Below are positions 1-10,447 of a stretch of 64,000 nucleotides of DNA, piece by piece. The translations under genes were made by a program, and so were the position numbers. Source of the DNA: Macrostomum lignano. Its lineage: Eukaryota. Each line of letters opens with the position of its first letter. Position 1 is the first letter of the stretch. A model generated the notes under the pieces. The model was given only the letters and a program-made list of their open reading frames with translations, did no database searches and had not been told where the DNA came from. The stretch covers positions 1 through 64,000 of the forward strand of contig NIVC01002552.1 in assembly GCA_002269645.1 (NCBI GenBank), given 5' to 3'.

Positions 1-887
1 TTCTCGGTGAGGGCGGAATTCCCCCGAGCCGAAGATCGCATCGTGCAGTTCGTCTCGCTCGATGTAGCCGCTGTTGTCTTTATCCAGCTTCTGGAAGCTC
101 GCCATCAAATCGTCGCGGACAGCCTGAGGCGGCTTGCACACCTGACCCATCAACTGGGAAAATTCCACAAAGTTCATGGAACCGCTGGCGTCCTTGTCGT
201 ACAATTTAAGCAGTTCTTCGACCTCCTCTTTCGACTTTGGAGCCTGGCCCATCACCTGTGATTGGGGATAGGGCGAGGGTTAGGGGAGGGCGTGAGGTGG
301 GTGTCTACTGAGGGGTTGGGGCAGGGGGAGGGGGTGAGGAAGTCTGCTGAGGGAGGCGTTGGGGCAGGGCGTGAGGTGGTGTCTGCTGAGCGAGGGGTTA
401 GGGGAGGGCGTGAGGTGGGTGTCTACTGAGGGGGTTGGCAGGGGTGAGGTGGAAGTCTGCTGAGGGAGGCGTTGGGGAGGGCGTGAGGTGGGAGTTTGCT
501 CTGAAGAGATCAAGTTTTAGTCTATGGGTGAGACAAGTTCTCAGAGAGTTCCGGCCGAGTATTGGTCAGCAACGCTTGACAATACGAGCGTATGAGGAGC
601 CATCAGATTCCTGAGCGGAGTGTTGAACTTGGGCAGCGATATTCTATGGCCAGCCCTGCCAAACCGCCGGCAGGAACGGATTTTACGAGTATTACGGCGA
701 GAAGAGCAGATTAATTGAACATACCTGCAGGCAGGCAAATAACTCTCCAGCGTCCATGGTGTCTGAGTTGTCCTTGTCGAACATCTTGAACACCAAGTAG
801 TGCCTGCTGGCCTCCTCAACTGACACGCCGGCCTCTTGCAGAGCAGCGTAGTACTGCTCAGGAAGAACCGCGACACCGCTGCCATCT
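1..887 (-). CDS. Calmodulin-like EF-hand Ca2+-binding protein (3' end outside window; start unresolved)
   Basis: Exons 887-725 and 255-1 (GT/AG) splice to ...HYLVFKMFDKDNSDTMDAGELFACLQ|VMGQAPKSKEEVEELLKLYDKDASGSMNFVEFSQLMG...SFQKLDKDNSGYIERDELHDAI: three DKDxSG/D-type EF-hand loops. Not in the ORF track in this frame. Confidence 0.85.
268..500. repeat. G-rich intronic minisatellite (~37-40 bp, GGGGTTGGGGCAGGGCGTGAGGTGGGTGTCTACTGA-like)
   Basis: Direct tandem copies filling the EF-hand intron up to ~15 nt from the acceptor. Confidence 0.9.
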
Positions 888-1434
888 CTGGTTGATAACT
901 CGAAACAATTTCAGTAGGAAGACACAAAGCAGCAACAGACAGGGCTGTCTGAGGTGGCAGCTTAAGCTTTATTATACGCTCACCTGCCCTCCACACTTCG
1001 CTGTGCCCGTCTCTCACCCCTGCGCCTCCTATTATTCGAGTCTTGTGTAGCCAATTATCCAATGTACGAGCCTGCGTTGCACACACTGCGGCTAGAGGGC
1101 AGCTGCTCCGCGACCATGGAGACCGGCGGCTCGGGCTTGTGTTTCTAAGCCTAGCCAGCTCTTGTATCTCGCCTTCAACTCCCGCCCGCAGATACAAAAA
1201 AAAACGACATTAGCAGTTTGTTATAACTGAGCCGCACTTTTGCAGGCTTGCGAAGCATCTAAAAATAGATCTGCTTTGAGCGCTGCAATGCAAGTCCTTC
1301 TGTTTGATACTGAACTGGGGCCCGGCTTATCTGCCTTATTTAGTTAGCTAAAGCTCTTAAAGTAACCTTATGCGATCAAGTTTGCTGAGTTGCTTTTGCT
1401 TTAGCAGAATTTCCAGAGTTGCTTGAAGCTAAAA

Positions 1435-4400
1435 ATGTGGACAAACTGGCGCGCCGTAACTGGGGCGGCGGTTCTGCTGGCGCTGGTGGCTGCTGGACCT
1501 CCGGGCTCGCTGTCCCGCTGGCCCTCATTGGCCAGGCTCAGCCGGTCCCCCGCGGCGCTGGCCGGGCCCCTCCGCTCTACCGGGTTGACCTGGACCAGGA
1601 CCCAGCCACCAGGTGGGCCGCGGTGGTGGCCGACTTCAAAGCCGACACGCAGCAGTTGATCAAAGCGTTTCTGGGGTGAGTTACTACACCATTGCCGTTG
1701 TGGAGTTCTGCAATACAAAAACTCTAGTAGAGAGGGATGAAACGGTTTCTTAATACCGTCAGTGAAGTGAGATAGAGTTCTGTCCTCAATGTACGGGACG
1801 GCCGGAGGATAGGGTTGGCCTCACTATACATCGGGGGCAGAGGTTTCAGCAAATAGAAAGTGTACATTGGGGCAAGGGTTTCAGTAAATAGTGAGAGTGC
1901 ATTGGGGCAAGGGTTTCCGTAAATTGTGAGTGTGCATTGGGGCAGAAGCTTCAGTAAGCAGTGAGTGTACATTCGAGGCCCAGATGTTTCAGTAAATAGT
2001 GAGTGTACATTCGGGGCAGAGTCAGTGAATAGTGAGTGTAAATTCGGGGCAGAGGTTTGTTTCAGTAAATAGTGAGTGTACATTCGGGCAGAGGTTTCAG
2101 TGAATAGTGAGTGTACATTCGGGGCAGAGGTTTCAGTGAATAGTGAGTGTACATTCGGGGCAGAGGTTTCAGTGAATAGTGAGTGTACATTCGGGGCAGA
2201 GGTTTCAGTGAATAGTGAGTGTACATTCGGGGCAGAGGTTTCAGTGAATAGTGAGTTTCGGGGCAGAGGTTTCAGTGAATAGTGAGTGTACATTGGAGGC
2301 TCAGTTTTCAGATCATTAGGGGTTGGGGCAAAGGAATGGTCGTGTTGGGTGCTATGGAAACGCATTTAAAACAAAATTCGCCCATTTATAGGATTATAAT
2401 GTGTATTCGCCACGAAGATAACACAGAAAATTTTCAGATCAGTACCTCTGGAGTTGAAGTACCTGGCAGACGTAATTGCTGCAGATTTGGACACCCACCT
2501 GCCGGCCGACTATGGAGCGGAGTTGTTAGGTGAGAGGAACCTTCGAATGCACCAATGTAAAATACCCTGTTTAGCAGTTCAACCCTGCCTCAACCAAATT
2601 AGATGATCCCAATAACTAATGCACTTTTTAGGCATTTCGAAGACGGTGAATGCGTCACTCGGAGACATCGTGCTGCTCAATCTGATCTACGATGTCACCG
2701 CGTAGGCTTTTGCCTCTTCTAAATGGATGCTGGATCAGTTTGTCACTCCTGGAGACACGCAAACCCGAAATAAGCATTAAATACCAGTATAAAACCAACT
2801 GTACACGCATTGCTTGAACCCAGTCTTAGTTTCCTAGAAACCAGCTAGCAAACTCGTCAGGCAACCGCAGCCAGAAAGTTCTTCCAGCAATCAAATCTGC
2901 CCTTTTTGCTGCAGCTTCTGCACCGGCATCATCGCCAACGACCGGAACGGCGGCCTCTGGCACGGAAGAAATTTGGACTACGGCAACACGATGCCCCAGA
3001 CTGACATGCTGGAGAAGGTCACCATCAGGGTCGACTTTTATAGAAGAGGCAAGGTAACCACTGGTGTTGCTCAAGCAAGAACCCCGATATCATAAATAAA
3101 TATCGCGTACAGAAAATACCCGCCATTTCAGCTGCTTTATTCCGCCGTCTCCTTTGCGGGCTATGCGGGCATCCTCACCGGCTGGAAGCCGCACCAGTTC
3201 GCCATTACCGTCAACGAGAGAGGCGCGTAGTGATGACTTTTTAAATTGTTTTCCACATTTTCACAGCACTACTCGCAGTAGTTCATCCACATTAAAAGCG
3301 CTATAATTTCACTCGCCGTGTTCTAAAAATATCTCCGTATTCTAAGTTTTCTCTTTTGAGTTTGACTGTAAATCTTCAATCTTAGTGACTTGGTTCTAAA
3401 CCGTCACTATGTTCCAAGCTGCCACTCTAACATTCTCAGGCATGTAGTTCTAAGCTTTTTCGGGTAGTCTCAACACATTCACTGCACTGCGTCTTTGCAG
3501 ACAAAGGAAACTTCATCAACAACATCGTGTCGGCTCTGCAGGAACTGCTGAACGGAGGCAAGCTCTACCCTGTGACAATGATGACCCGCTTGGTAAGCCC
3601 CGCTGATTTTCGTATGTCGCATTGGCTTGATGCAGGTCGTCATTCCAAAGCAACTCATTGCGCAGACTAGTATATAAAAAAGCAAATGAACGGTCAAAAT
3701 AGTTCCATTTGGAAGACGTCGAAATAGTTCCTGACGGAGGCCACCAAAGCAGGTTCTAGATCAACGATTCCGTCAGGAAGTTCTTCACAACTACACCTGG
3801 AGGCACAGACGGGGAGAAGACAACCCGCTGGCAGCCGCTGTTGCCGACCCAGCTCAGGAGGGATTTGCCGAGGACGAGCCGGCAGCGTGACCCTCCTTGG
3901 CACTTTTATTGACGATCTGCGCGTCCTGTACCTGACTTCCAGCGAGGCCATGCGCTTTCCCTCCTAGGTTTTTTGCGAGCGCTTGTGCGCTAGTGTCTTT
4001 GAGGCCTCTGCGCGTCGCTACTACTATACTACTACTACACCTGAATAAGCTGCTTTCTAAGCTGTTTCGAGGTACAAAAATCCAACAGATTTCTTTTTCA
4101 TCATCAGCCTGACGTGACGACCTATCGGATCTCCAAATTGACTTCAATAAGGTACTGTTTTGCGATTATTGCCTTTGCAGATGCAGAGTGCAAACTTGGC
4201 GAACACGTTCGACTAGAAACACCGAGGCATCTCATCCAGGTGCTTTCCTCGCGCTTCCATGGAGTAAAGGAATTCTAGAGAATCGAGCCTAAAGTAAATC
4301 CGATCCTAGAGTGACCCGGATGTGGCGTATAAATGTTTCTAATCGCCTGGTCCCACAAGTGGTCGATTGCGATCAGCTTGGTGTGGACGCAAAGCTTCAC

Positions 4401-6324
4401 TTTCACTTCACTTTAGCTTTAACTTTGGACGCAAAGTTCGCCGCCAGTACAGGTGGGCATCCCTGTACTTAAGATGAGTGTGTCTAAATTGCATTACAGT
4501 TGTCGAAATTGAATGTGAGCTTTGCCTTAGGACTTAAATTTTTACCATAGACAAATTGCTCTGACTGAGAAACTGTTTAAAAATGGAATATCCGCTGTCT
4601 AAAATGAATGTCTGGTGTCTAAATCGAGGTTTGCTTTGTCTAATTTGAAAGTCCAATTGAAAGTATAAAAAAAGATTATCGAAAATGAATTTCGAGTTGT
4701 CTGAATTGTATTGCATATTTGTTGAAATTGAACGGGAAAAGGTGTATGCGCATACAGTCACTGACTTTGGAAGGTTGCCCAAGCCGTTGCGGAAGGATAC
4801 TCACACAATGCTCTGCATAAAGCAATTGCAAGCCACGTTCGCAGTTCTACTGATTGTGACGATGGATAGCTTATTGAAAGCCTAATCGTTGCTGTCGAGA
4901 GCCGGATGCGCCGGTAGTAATGGAATTCACCAGGCCGTAACTCGAGCCCTGCTAGGCAGCCCGATGCTGGCTTATTGTCTCTCAGCCATCTGATGCGGCA
5001 GTGCAGGTCTCCGCTTTTGTTTATGCAGATTGCAGATGCATCGTCTGCCTGGAGCACATGGCGGGACATTGTGCTTCCATCCATCCAAAATAACTGTCTT
5101 TCTATCTCGTTTTCTCGCAGCTTTTGAGACAGGGTTTTCAAGGGAGCAATTTTCTGCTGCAGGTAAACAGCGCCTGATGCAGCAAATGGCACTGCATAAA
5201 TTTTTTGCTTAAAGCAGTTTGACTGCGCTTCCCCTTGCTGGCAGTGCAAACTGCGTACGTCATCATCATCAGCATCTGGTTGTGGGCAGTAAAACTCCAT
5301 GTGGATGGAGTTCGCCAAGTTTGAAGGTGCCTCGTCGGAGTCCACGCCTCAGCGATGTAGAGAAGGACGGTCTCGAATGCCATGTACTTTAACATGCATT
5401 TACTTTTCACTTTATTTTTCCCAGGCCTTCGAGCAGGACACGGACTTTGCCAGTGTGGTGAGCCGCCTGTCATCCGCTCAGCTGATCGCCCCGGTGTATT
5501 ACATCATCTCTGGCAACCAGACCGACCAGGGCATCGTGCTGGTGCGCACGCAGTACAAAACGCTTGGCACAAACCAGCTGGACCAGAAGTCTGGCAAGTG
5601 AGTAGTTCGCACACTGCACATGAACTCGAAATCTCAGCAATCGAAAAGGCTAATGAAGTAAAAATCCCTCCTGATTGCACAGGTGGTTCATTGTTGAAAC
5701 CAACTATGACCCATGGATGCCGCCACCGCCAGGTGATGACAGACGGTAAGATGGCTTTCTGAAAGTGTACTGATGCTTCCAACACAACCATATGCGTCAG
5801 CGTTGAACTTCGTTGTCATTGCAGCGACCCGGCAATCAAGGCCATGAATAGCCTGGGTCAGGCCAGGTTGAGCCTTGAGGGACTCTTTAATGTGCTGTCC
5901 GTGCCACCGGTAAACAACAAGTGAGAATTTCATTAAACTCATTTTTTTTGCGACTCAACCAGTGTAGACAGTACTTCAGTTACCGTGAAAAGCATTTGCT
6001 GTGCTAAATTCTATGGATAACGTAGTATGAGAATGGGCCTGTGACTTGTGCGATCCACGCTCACGACCGTCAGCTCCCAAGGCCTGAAGTGAGCGCACAG
6101 ATACACATCCTGTATGTGATTTGGATTCAGCTGAGTGGGCACATGGTATCCGTAAACCAGTGTAAGCTCATGCAAGTCACATTGCCGCCCGTCCTCTTTC
6201 CTCCAGCCACACAGTGTACACAGCGGTGTTCTCCGCAACCAGACCTGCGACGTCCAAGGCCGTCATCAGGGACTCGACGGAGCAACAAACAAAGAGAATC
6301 AATTTTGATCGAAAGCAAAAATAA
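1435..6324 (+). CDS. NAAA: N-acylethanolamine acid amidase / acid ceramidase-like Ntn hydrolase
   Basis: Exons ~1435-1485, 1536-1676, 2438-2529, 2632-2701, 2915-3053, 3132-3222, 3501-3592, 5425-5597, 5683-5745, 5825-5920, 6207-6324. Signal peptide, APPLYRVDLDQDPATRW, catalytic Cys motif AFCTGIIANDRNGGLWHGRNLDYG, NERDKG, LIAPVYYIISG, WFIVETNYDPW, ends ...DRKQK*. FCT...HGRNLDY favours NAAA over ASAH1. Confidence 0.92.
1850..2292. repeat. 36-bp intronic minisatellite TTCAGTGAATAGTGAGTGTACATTCGGGGCAGAGGT
   Basis: Tandem copies in an early NAAA intron; explains ORFs 1724..2365 and 2076..2282. Confidence 0.92.
3700..3960 (+). mobile_element. Decayed RTE-like LINE 3' fragment
   Basis: Interrupted translation SIWKTSK*FLTEATKA ... 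RGRAGSVTLLGTFIDDLRVLYLTSSEAM resembles the RTE post-RT C-terminus (IW..S...TK; RGRP..TYID.L). Recognised by eye only. Confidence 0.4.
4890..5400 (-). mobile_element. Decayed RTE-like LINE 3' fragment
   Basis: Frameshifted pieces FETVLLYIAEAWTPT (cf. VLLYGSEAWTLT) and LHCRIRWLRDNKPASGCL (cf. GHC.R....PAS.LILW) in the NAAA intron between exons 3501-3592 and 5425-5597. Confidence 0.55.
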
Positions 6325-6646
6325 CAGTCAAGTCATTTTTGTGATTGAATTGCTACGGGAATTTCATTTAAACTTTTTTAATTTTAGTGATGCACCAAAA
6401 TATAAATTGTCGTGCCGATCTCAAATTTCACTGATTTGGGAATACATGTAATTTCAGAAAATTATTGCTTCGCGAACGCATGGTGTTTCAGAAGCTGTTT
6501 TGACTCCTTTGCTATACCGTAGACAGAGCTACAGCATGGTTATATTTGGCTGCATACTTGAATAAGTTATTTACACAACATGTCGGCGCTTTCTTCAATT
6601 TCGTCAACAACTCCAAGGTTCTAGCTCGTAGGAATGCTTGAGGCAG

Positions 6647-9251
6647 TTAAACAAAAACTCGACCCCCGGCTTCGGCGTTGTCGTCGTGCGCGTCAGCCGT
6701 GAAGCTCTGCAGTTGGCGGCTTCCACCGGCGCCTGCAAGTGTGGCAGTGGCGGCGCCTCCGGCAGCGGCGGCGCCAGGCGAGTCCTTGAAGTCGGATCGG
6801 ATGATGTACAACAGGAAGGCCAGGAACTGCAGGACAGCCGCCGCCACGGCCACCCAGTAGGACCAGGGCAGCACGTTGCGGTGCAGTGCGTTGCGCTCGC
6901 CGTGATTGATGAAGTCGCCCCAGACTGCCACGGTCACCAGCAGGCATAGGACTGTGGGGAGCGGAGGGAAGGTCCGAGACTCGAATCCAGATCTATCGAG
7001 AATCCCAAACCCCCGAACCCAAGTCCCCGACTCACAGGAGGCCAGCAGACTGCTCACAAACATCATTCACAGGGTTTTGCTTCCGGCGCAACTGTCCAGC
7101 CTCATTCTCACGATGCCGATGCCCAGGGAGGCTGCGGACGCCATCAGACCGATGATGAAGGCCGCCTTCGTTTTGGTGAAATCGGCTGAAATGGATGAAT
7201 ATCGGGCTTGTCTCACAGATGAACCCAAGTCTCATAGATGACTCCCCTATCTCACAGATGACACCCAAGTCTCACAGATGACACCCAAGTCTCACAGATG
7301 ACACCCAAGTCTCACAGATGACACCCAAGTCTCACAGATGACACCCAAGTCTCACAGATGACACCCAAGTCTCACAGATGACACCCAAGTCTCACAGATG
7401 ACTCCCCAGTCTCACAGGTGACACCCCAGTCTCACAGGTGACACCCCAGTCTCACAGGTGACACCCCAGTCTCACAGGTGACACCCCAGTCTCACAGATG
7501 ACACCCAAGTCTCACAGATGACTCCCCAGTCTCACAGGTGACACCCCAGTCTCACAGGTGACACCCCAGTCTCACAGGTGACACCCCAGTCTCACAGGTG
7601 ACACCCCAGTCTCACAGGTGACTCCCTGTCTCACAGGTGACACCCCAGTCTCACAGGTGACACCCCAGTCTCACAGGTGACTCCCCTGTCTCACAGGTGA
7701 CACCCCAGTCTCACAGGTGACACCCAGTCTCACAGGTGACACCCCAGTCTCACAGGTGACTCCCCTGTCTCACAGGTGACACCCCTGTCTCACAGGTGAC
7801 ATCCATGTCTAACAGGTGACATCCATATCTAACAGGTGACATCCATATCTAACAGGTGACATCCATATCTAACAGGTGACATCCATATCTAACAGGTGAC
7901 ATCCATATCTAACAGGTGACATCCATATCTAACAGGTGACATCCATATCTAACAGGTGACATCCATATCTAACAGATGACATCCATGTCTAACAGGTAAC
8001 ATTCATGTCTAGCAGTGGGACAGCGGCAGGCTTCTATATCCCATGTGTACAGTATCAAAACGCCTTCTTCAAATCGCCAGAGCCTTTTTACTTGGCTGTC
8101 TGAGCTCGCGTTTATCAAGCCGAAAATCGGGCATGTTTTCATCCCGCAGCGAAGAGACAGCTTCCCATCTCTCTTCATCAATTACTTCTTTGATGCATGC
8201 GTCCTTCCCCAGCCTGTGCCCGCTGATTTCAGCTGGGAATAAAAGAGATTTTCACTGTGTGCCAGCCAGTTTTTGTCTAACGTTAATTAAATTGAACAGA
8301 AAAGCAGGGCAATTTCATTTTTGCGATTGAATTTCGTAGAAAAAATTGCACAAACAAAGAGCAACCAATCTTTTCAACGCTTTGTGCGTTATTCAATCAG
8401 TAATTAAAAATTCTCCCTCTTCGCAAATACAGCAGCGAGTTTCTTTAACCCTCGTTTAGCTGCTCTGCTTTGTATTAACCATTTATTTCTCCTTGCGCTT
8501 GATTTCTTCAAGGATTGGGTGGTTGGTGAGCTAGGTTGCTGCTGAGTGGGGTGGTGGGTGAGCTAGGTGGCTGCTGAGTGGGGCGGTGGGTGAGCTAGGT
8601 GGCTGCTGAGTGGGTGGTGGGTGAGCAAAGTGGCTGCTGAGTGGGGTGGTGGGTGAGTAAAGTGGCTGCTGAGTGGGGTGCTGGGTGAGTAAAGTGGCTG
8701 CTGAGTGGGGTGGTGGGTGAGCTAGGTGGCTGCTGAGTGGGTGGTGGGTGAGCAAAGTGGCTGCTGAGTGAGGTGGTGGGTGAGCTAGGTGGCTGCAGAA
8801 TGAGGTGGTGAATTGGCTGTAGAGGGCTGCAGAATGAGGTGGTGAATTGGCTGTAGAGGGCTGCAGAATGAGGTCGTGAATTGGCTGTAGAGGGCTGCAG
8901 AATGAGGTCGTGAATTGGCTGTAGAGGGCTGCAGAATGGGGTGGTGAATTGGCTGTAGAGGGCTGCAGAATGGGTGGTGAATTGGCTGTAGAGGGCTGCA
9001 GAATGAGGTGGTGAATTGGCTGTAGAGGGCTGCAGAATGGGGTGTTGAATTGGCTGTAGAGGACTCTAGAATGTGGCAACAATGGCGCAGGATGTTTGTC
9101 CAAAAGGCGTTATCTCACCTTCGCCGGAGTGGTCCTCCTCCATGACGATAGGCCAGGTGGACAGCCGGGAGATGGCCACGATGGAGGCGGCCAGCCCGCA
9201 GCCGCAGATGACAAGGATGCTCTTGTCGACGGTCCCGACAGACGGTCGCAT
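6647..9251 (-). CDS. Claudin/PMP22-EMP-like four-TM protein with in-frame TGA (possible pseudogene or allele)
   Basis: Exons 9251-9119, 7185-7036, 6951-6647 with GT/AG and matching phase. Four hydrophobic segments (ILVICGCGLAASIVAIS-W; KAAFIIGLMASAASLGIGIV; MMFVSSLLASFLCLLVTVAVW; PWSYWVAVAAAVLQFLAFLLYII). TGA at 7069-7067. No GLW-C-C motif found, so an ECL1 exon may be missed. Confidence 0.55.
7205..7995. repeat. 20-bp minisatellite with sequence gradient (GTCTCACAGATGACACCCAA to ATCTAACAGGTGACATCCAT)
   Basis: About 40 tandem units in the tetraspan intron. Confidence 0.95.
8525..9070. repeat. Compound G-rich minisatellite (~32-34 bp, two unit types)
   Basis: GAGTGGGGTGGTGGGTGAGCTAGGTGGCTGCT units followed by GAATGAGGTGGTGAATTGGCTGTAGAGGGCTGCA units. 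Confidence 0.92.
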
Positions 9252-10369
9252 GCCTGCAAGTTCCCTCTGAGTCAGCAATCAATTTAAGCCTGACGTTGTC
9301 TCTCCGATCGCTATGTAAGAATTAAACAAAACAGCTACTAGAAACCCGCTGTTTCTGCAGCCAAATCCGTCAGATAAAAAATTGCTTCTACGCAGAGCGA
9401 CTTTCTAAAGCGGTAGTGGTGCTGCACCGGCTGTCCCCAGTGGGACTCTGCTTCTCCCCTGCCTGCCGCTCGCTGCAATTTTGATGCCGGAATCGTCCCG
9501 ATGGGGATTCTTATTTCGAGCTGAGAAGCAGCGAGCGGGTCGAGGGGTTGTCGCCGGGGGCCTGAGTCGACTGACTGCTGCTGTCACTGCAAACACACAT
9601 CTGCTGCAGTGACTGCTGTTCGCTGATTGGTTCTGCACGGTGCTCGCTTATATATCTGCGTTATTAATCTCCCGTGCCGTGCACTGCCTGATATTGCTTG
9701 CTACTCGCGTCATCGCTTGACGGCCCAACAAAGCCAGCAGTGGCCTCACGGTTAACGGAGGCTTGCTAAAGTAGTGCGCCACAGTTTAAAATTTTTGTAC
9801 AGACTGTCACGTCAGATTATTATTAATTAGCAGCTTTTTTCTGAGCAGTTAAATTATTACGCTAGGAATTTAAGGATTGGTGTTGAAAAATAGCTGGGTT
9901 TGAACTGAAAGCTTCGATTGTATTATCGATTTTTTCGGTATCCCTTTCAACCTCGGCTCCTTTTCTACCCCCCTCCCCCATGGGGGGTTGATCGATTTAT
10001 CGATTTTCTGCCTCAAAAGTTCCACCAGGTCGGTCCTTCAACCTCTCGCACCCTCTGGCACAGTGAATGACAGTTTCTGCCGCAGTCTTAATAAGTGACC
10101 ACCTATCTGCTTCGGCCGTATCGCCACCTGTTAAACTGGATAAGAATATATTAAGAAGCATTAGCGGCACGACGCAGTCCAACCTGCGATTCCTGCTTGA
10201 GCTTGAGAACGCTGCCTGATGGCGTCATAGTTTGTGTGCAAAATTATGATTAAACAGAGAGTAGTGCTCAGCCTTTCTTATTATCACTGGGGAGAGAGAT
10301 TAGCGAATAGACTGAGCGGCATGGCTAAAGTGCATTCGTATATTCGCTAATAACAGCGTGCTTAAGTCA

Positions 10370-10377
10370 TATATATA
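10370..10377 (+). promoter_or_regulatory. TATA-like element upstream of temptin-like gene
   Basis: TATATATA about 70 nt upstream of ATG 10448; an AATAAA at 11851 follows the stop. Confidence 0.35.
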
Positions 10378-10447
10378 CTCCAACCGAATGGCCATAACTG
10401 AGTTACCCATTGAAGTGAACTTTAACAGCAACTCGTCTGATTCAAGC

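Noticed and set aside
541-1197. 218-aa minus-strand ORF as the real product
   Set aside because: The EF-hand motif lies in a different frame, bounded by splice sites.
6330-6646. SECIS element to explain the TGA at 7067-7069
   Set aside because: TGAC...AAA is present, but I could not see a complementary stem or GA quartet.
7969-8242. Candidate extracellular-loop exon of the tetraspan gene
   Set aside because: No acceptor/donor pair gave a phase-1 to phase-1 open exon; left unresolved.
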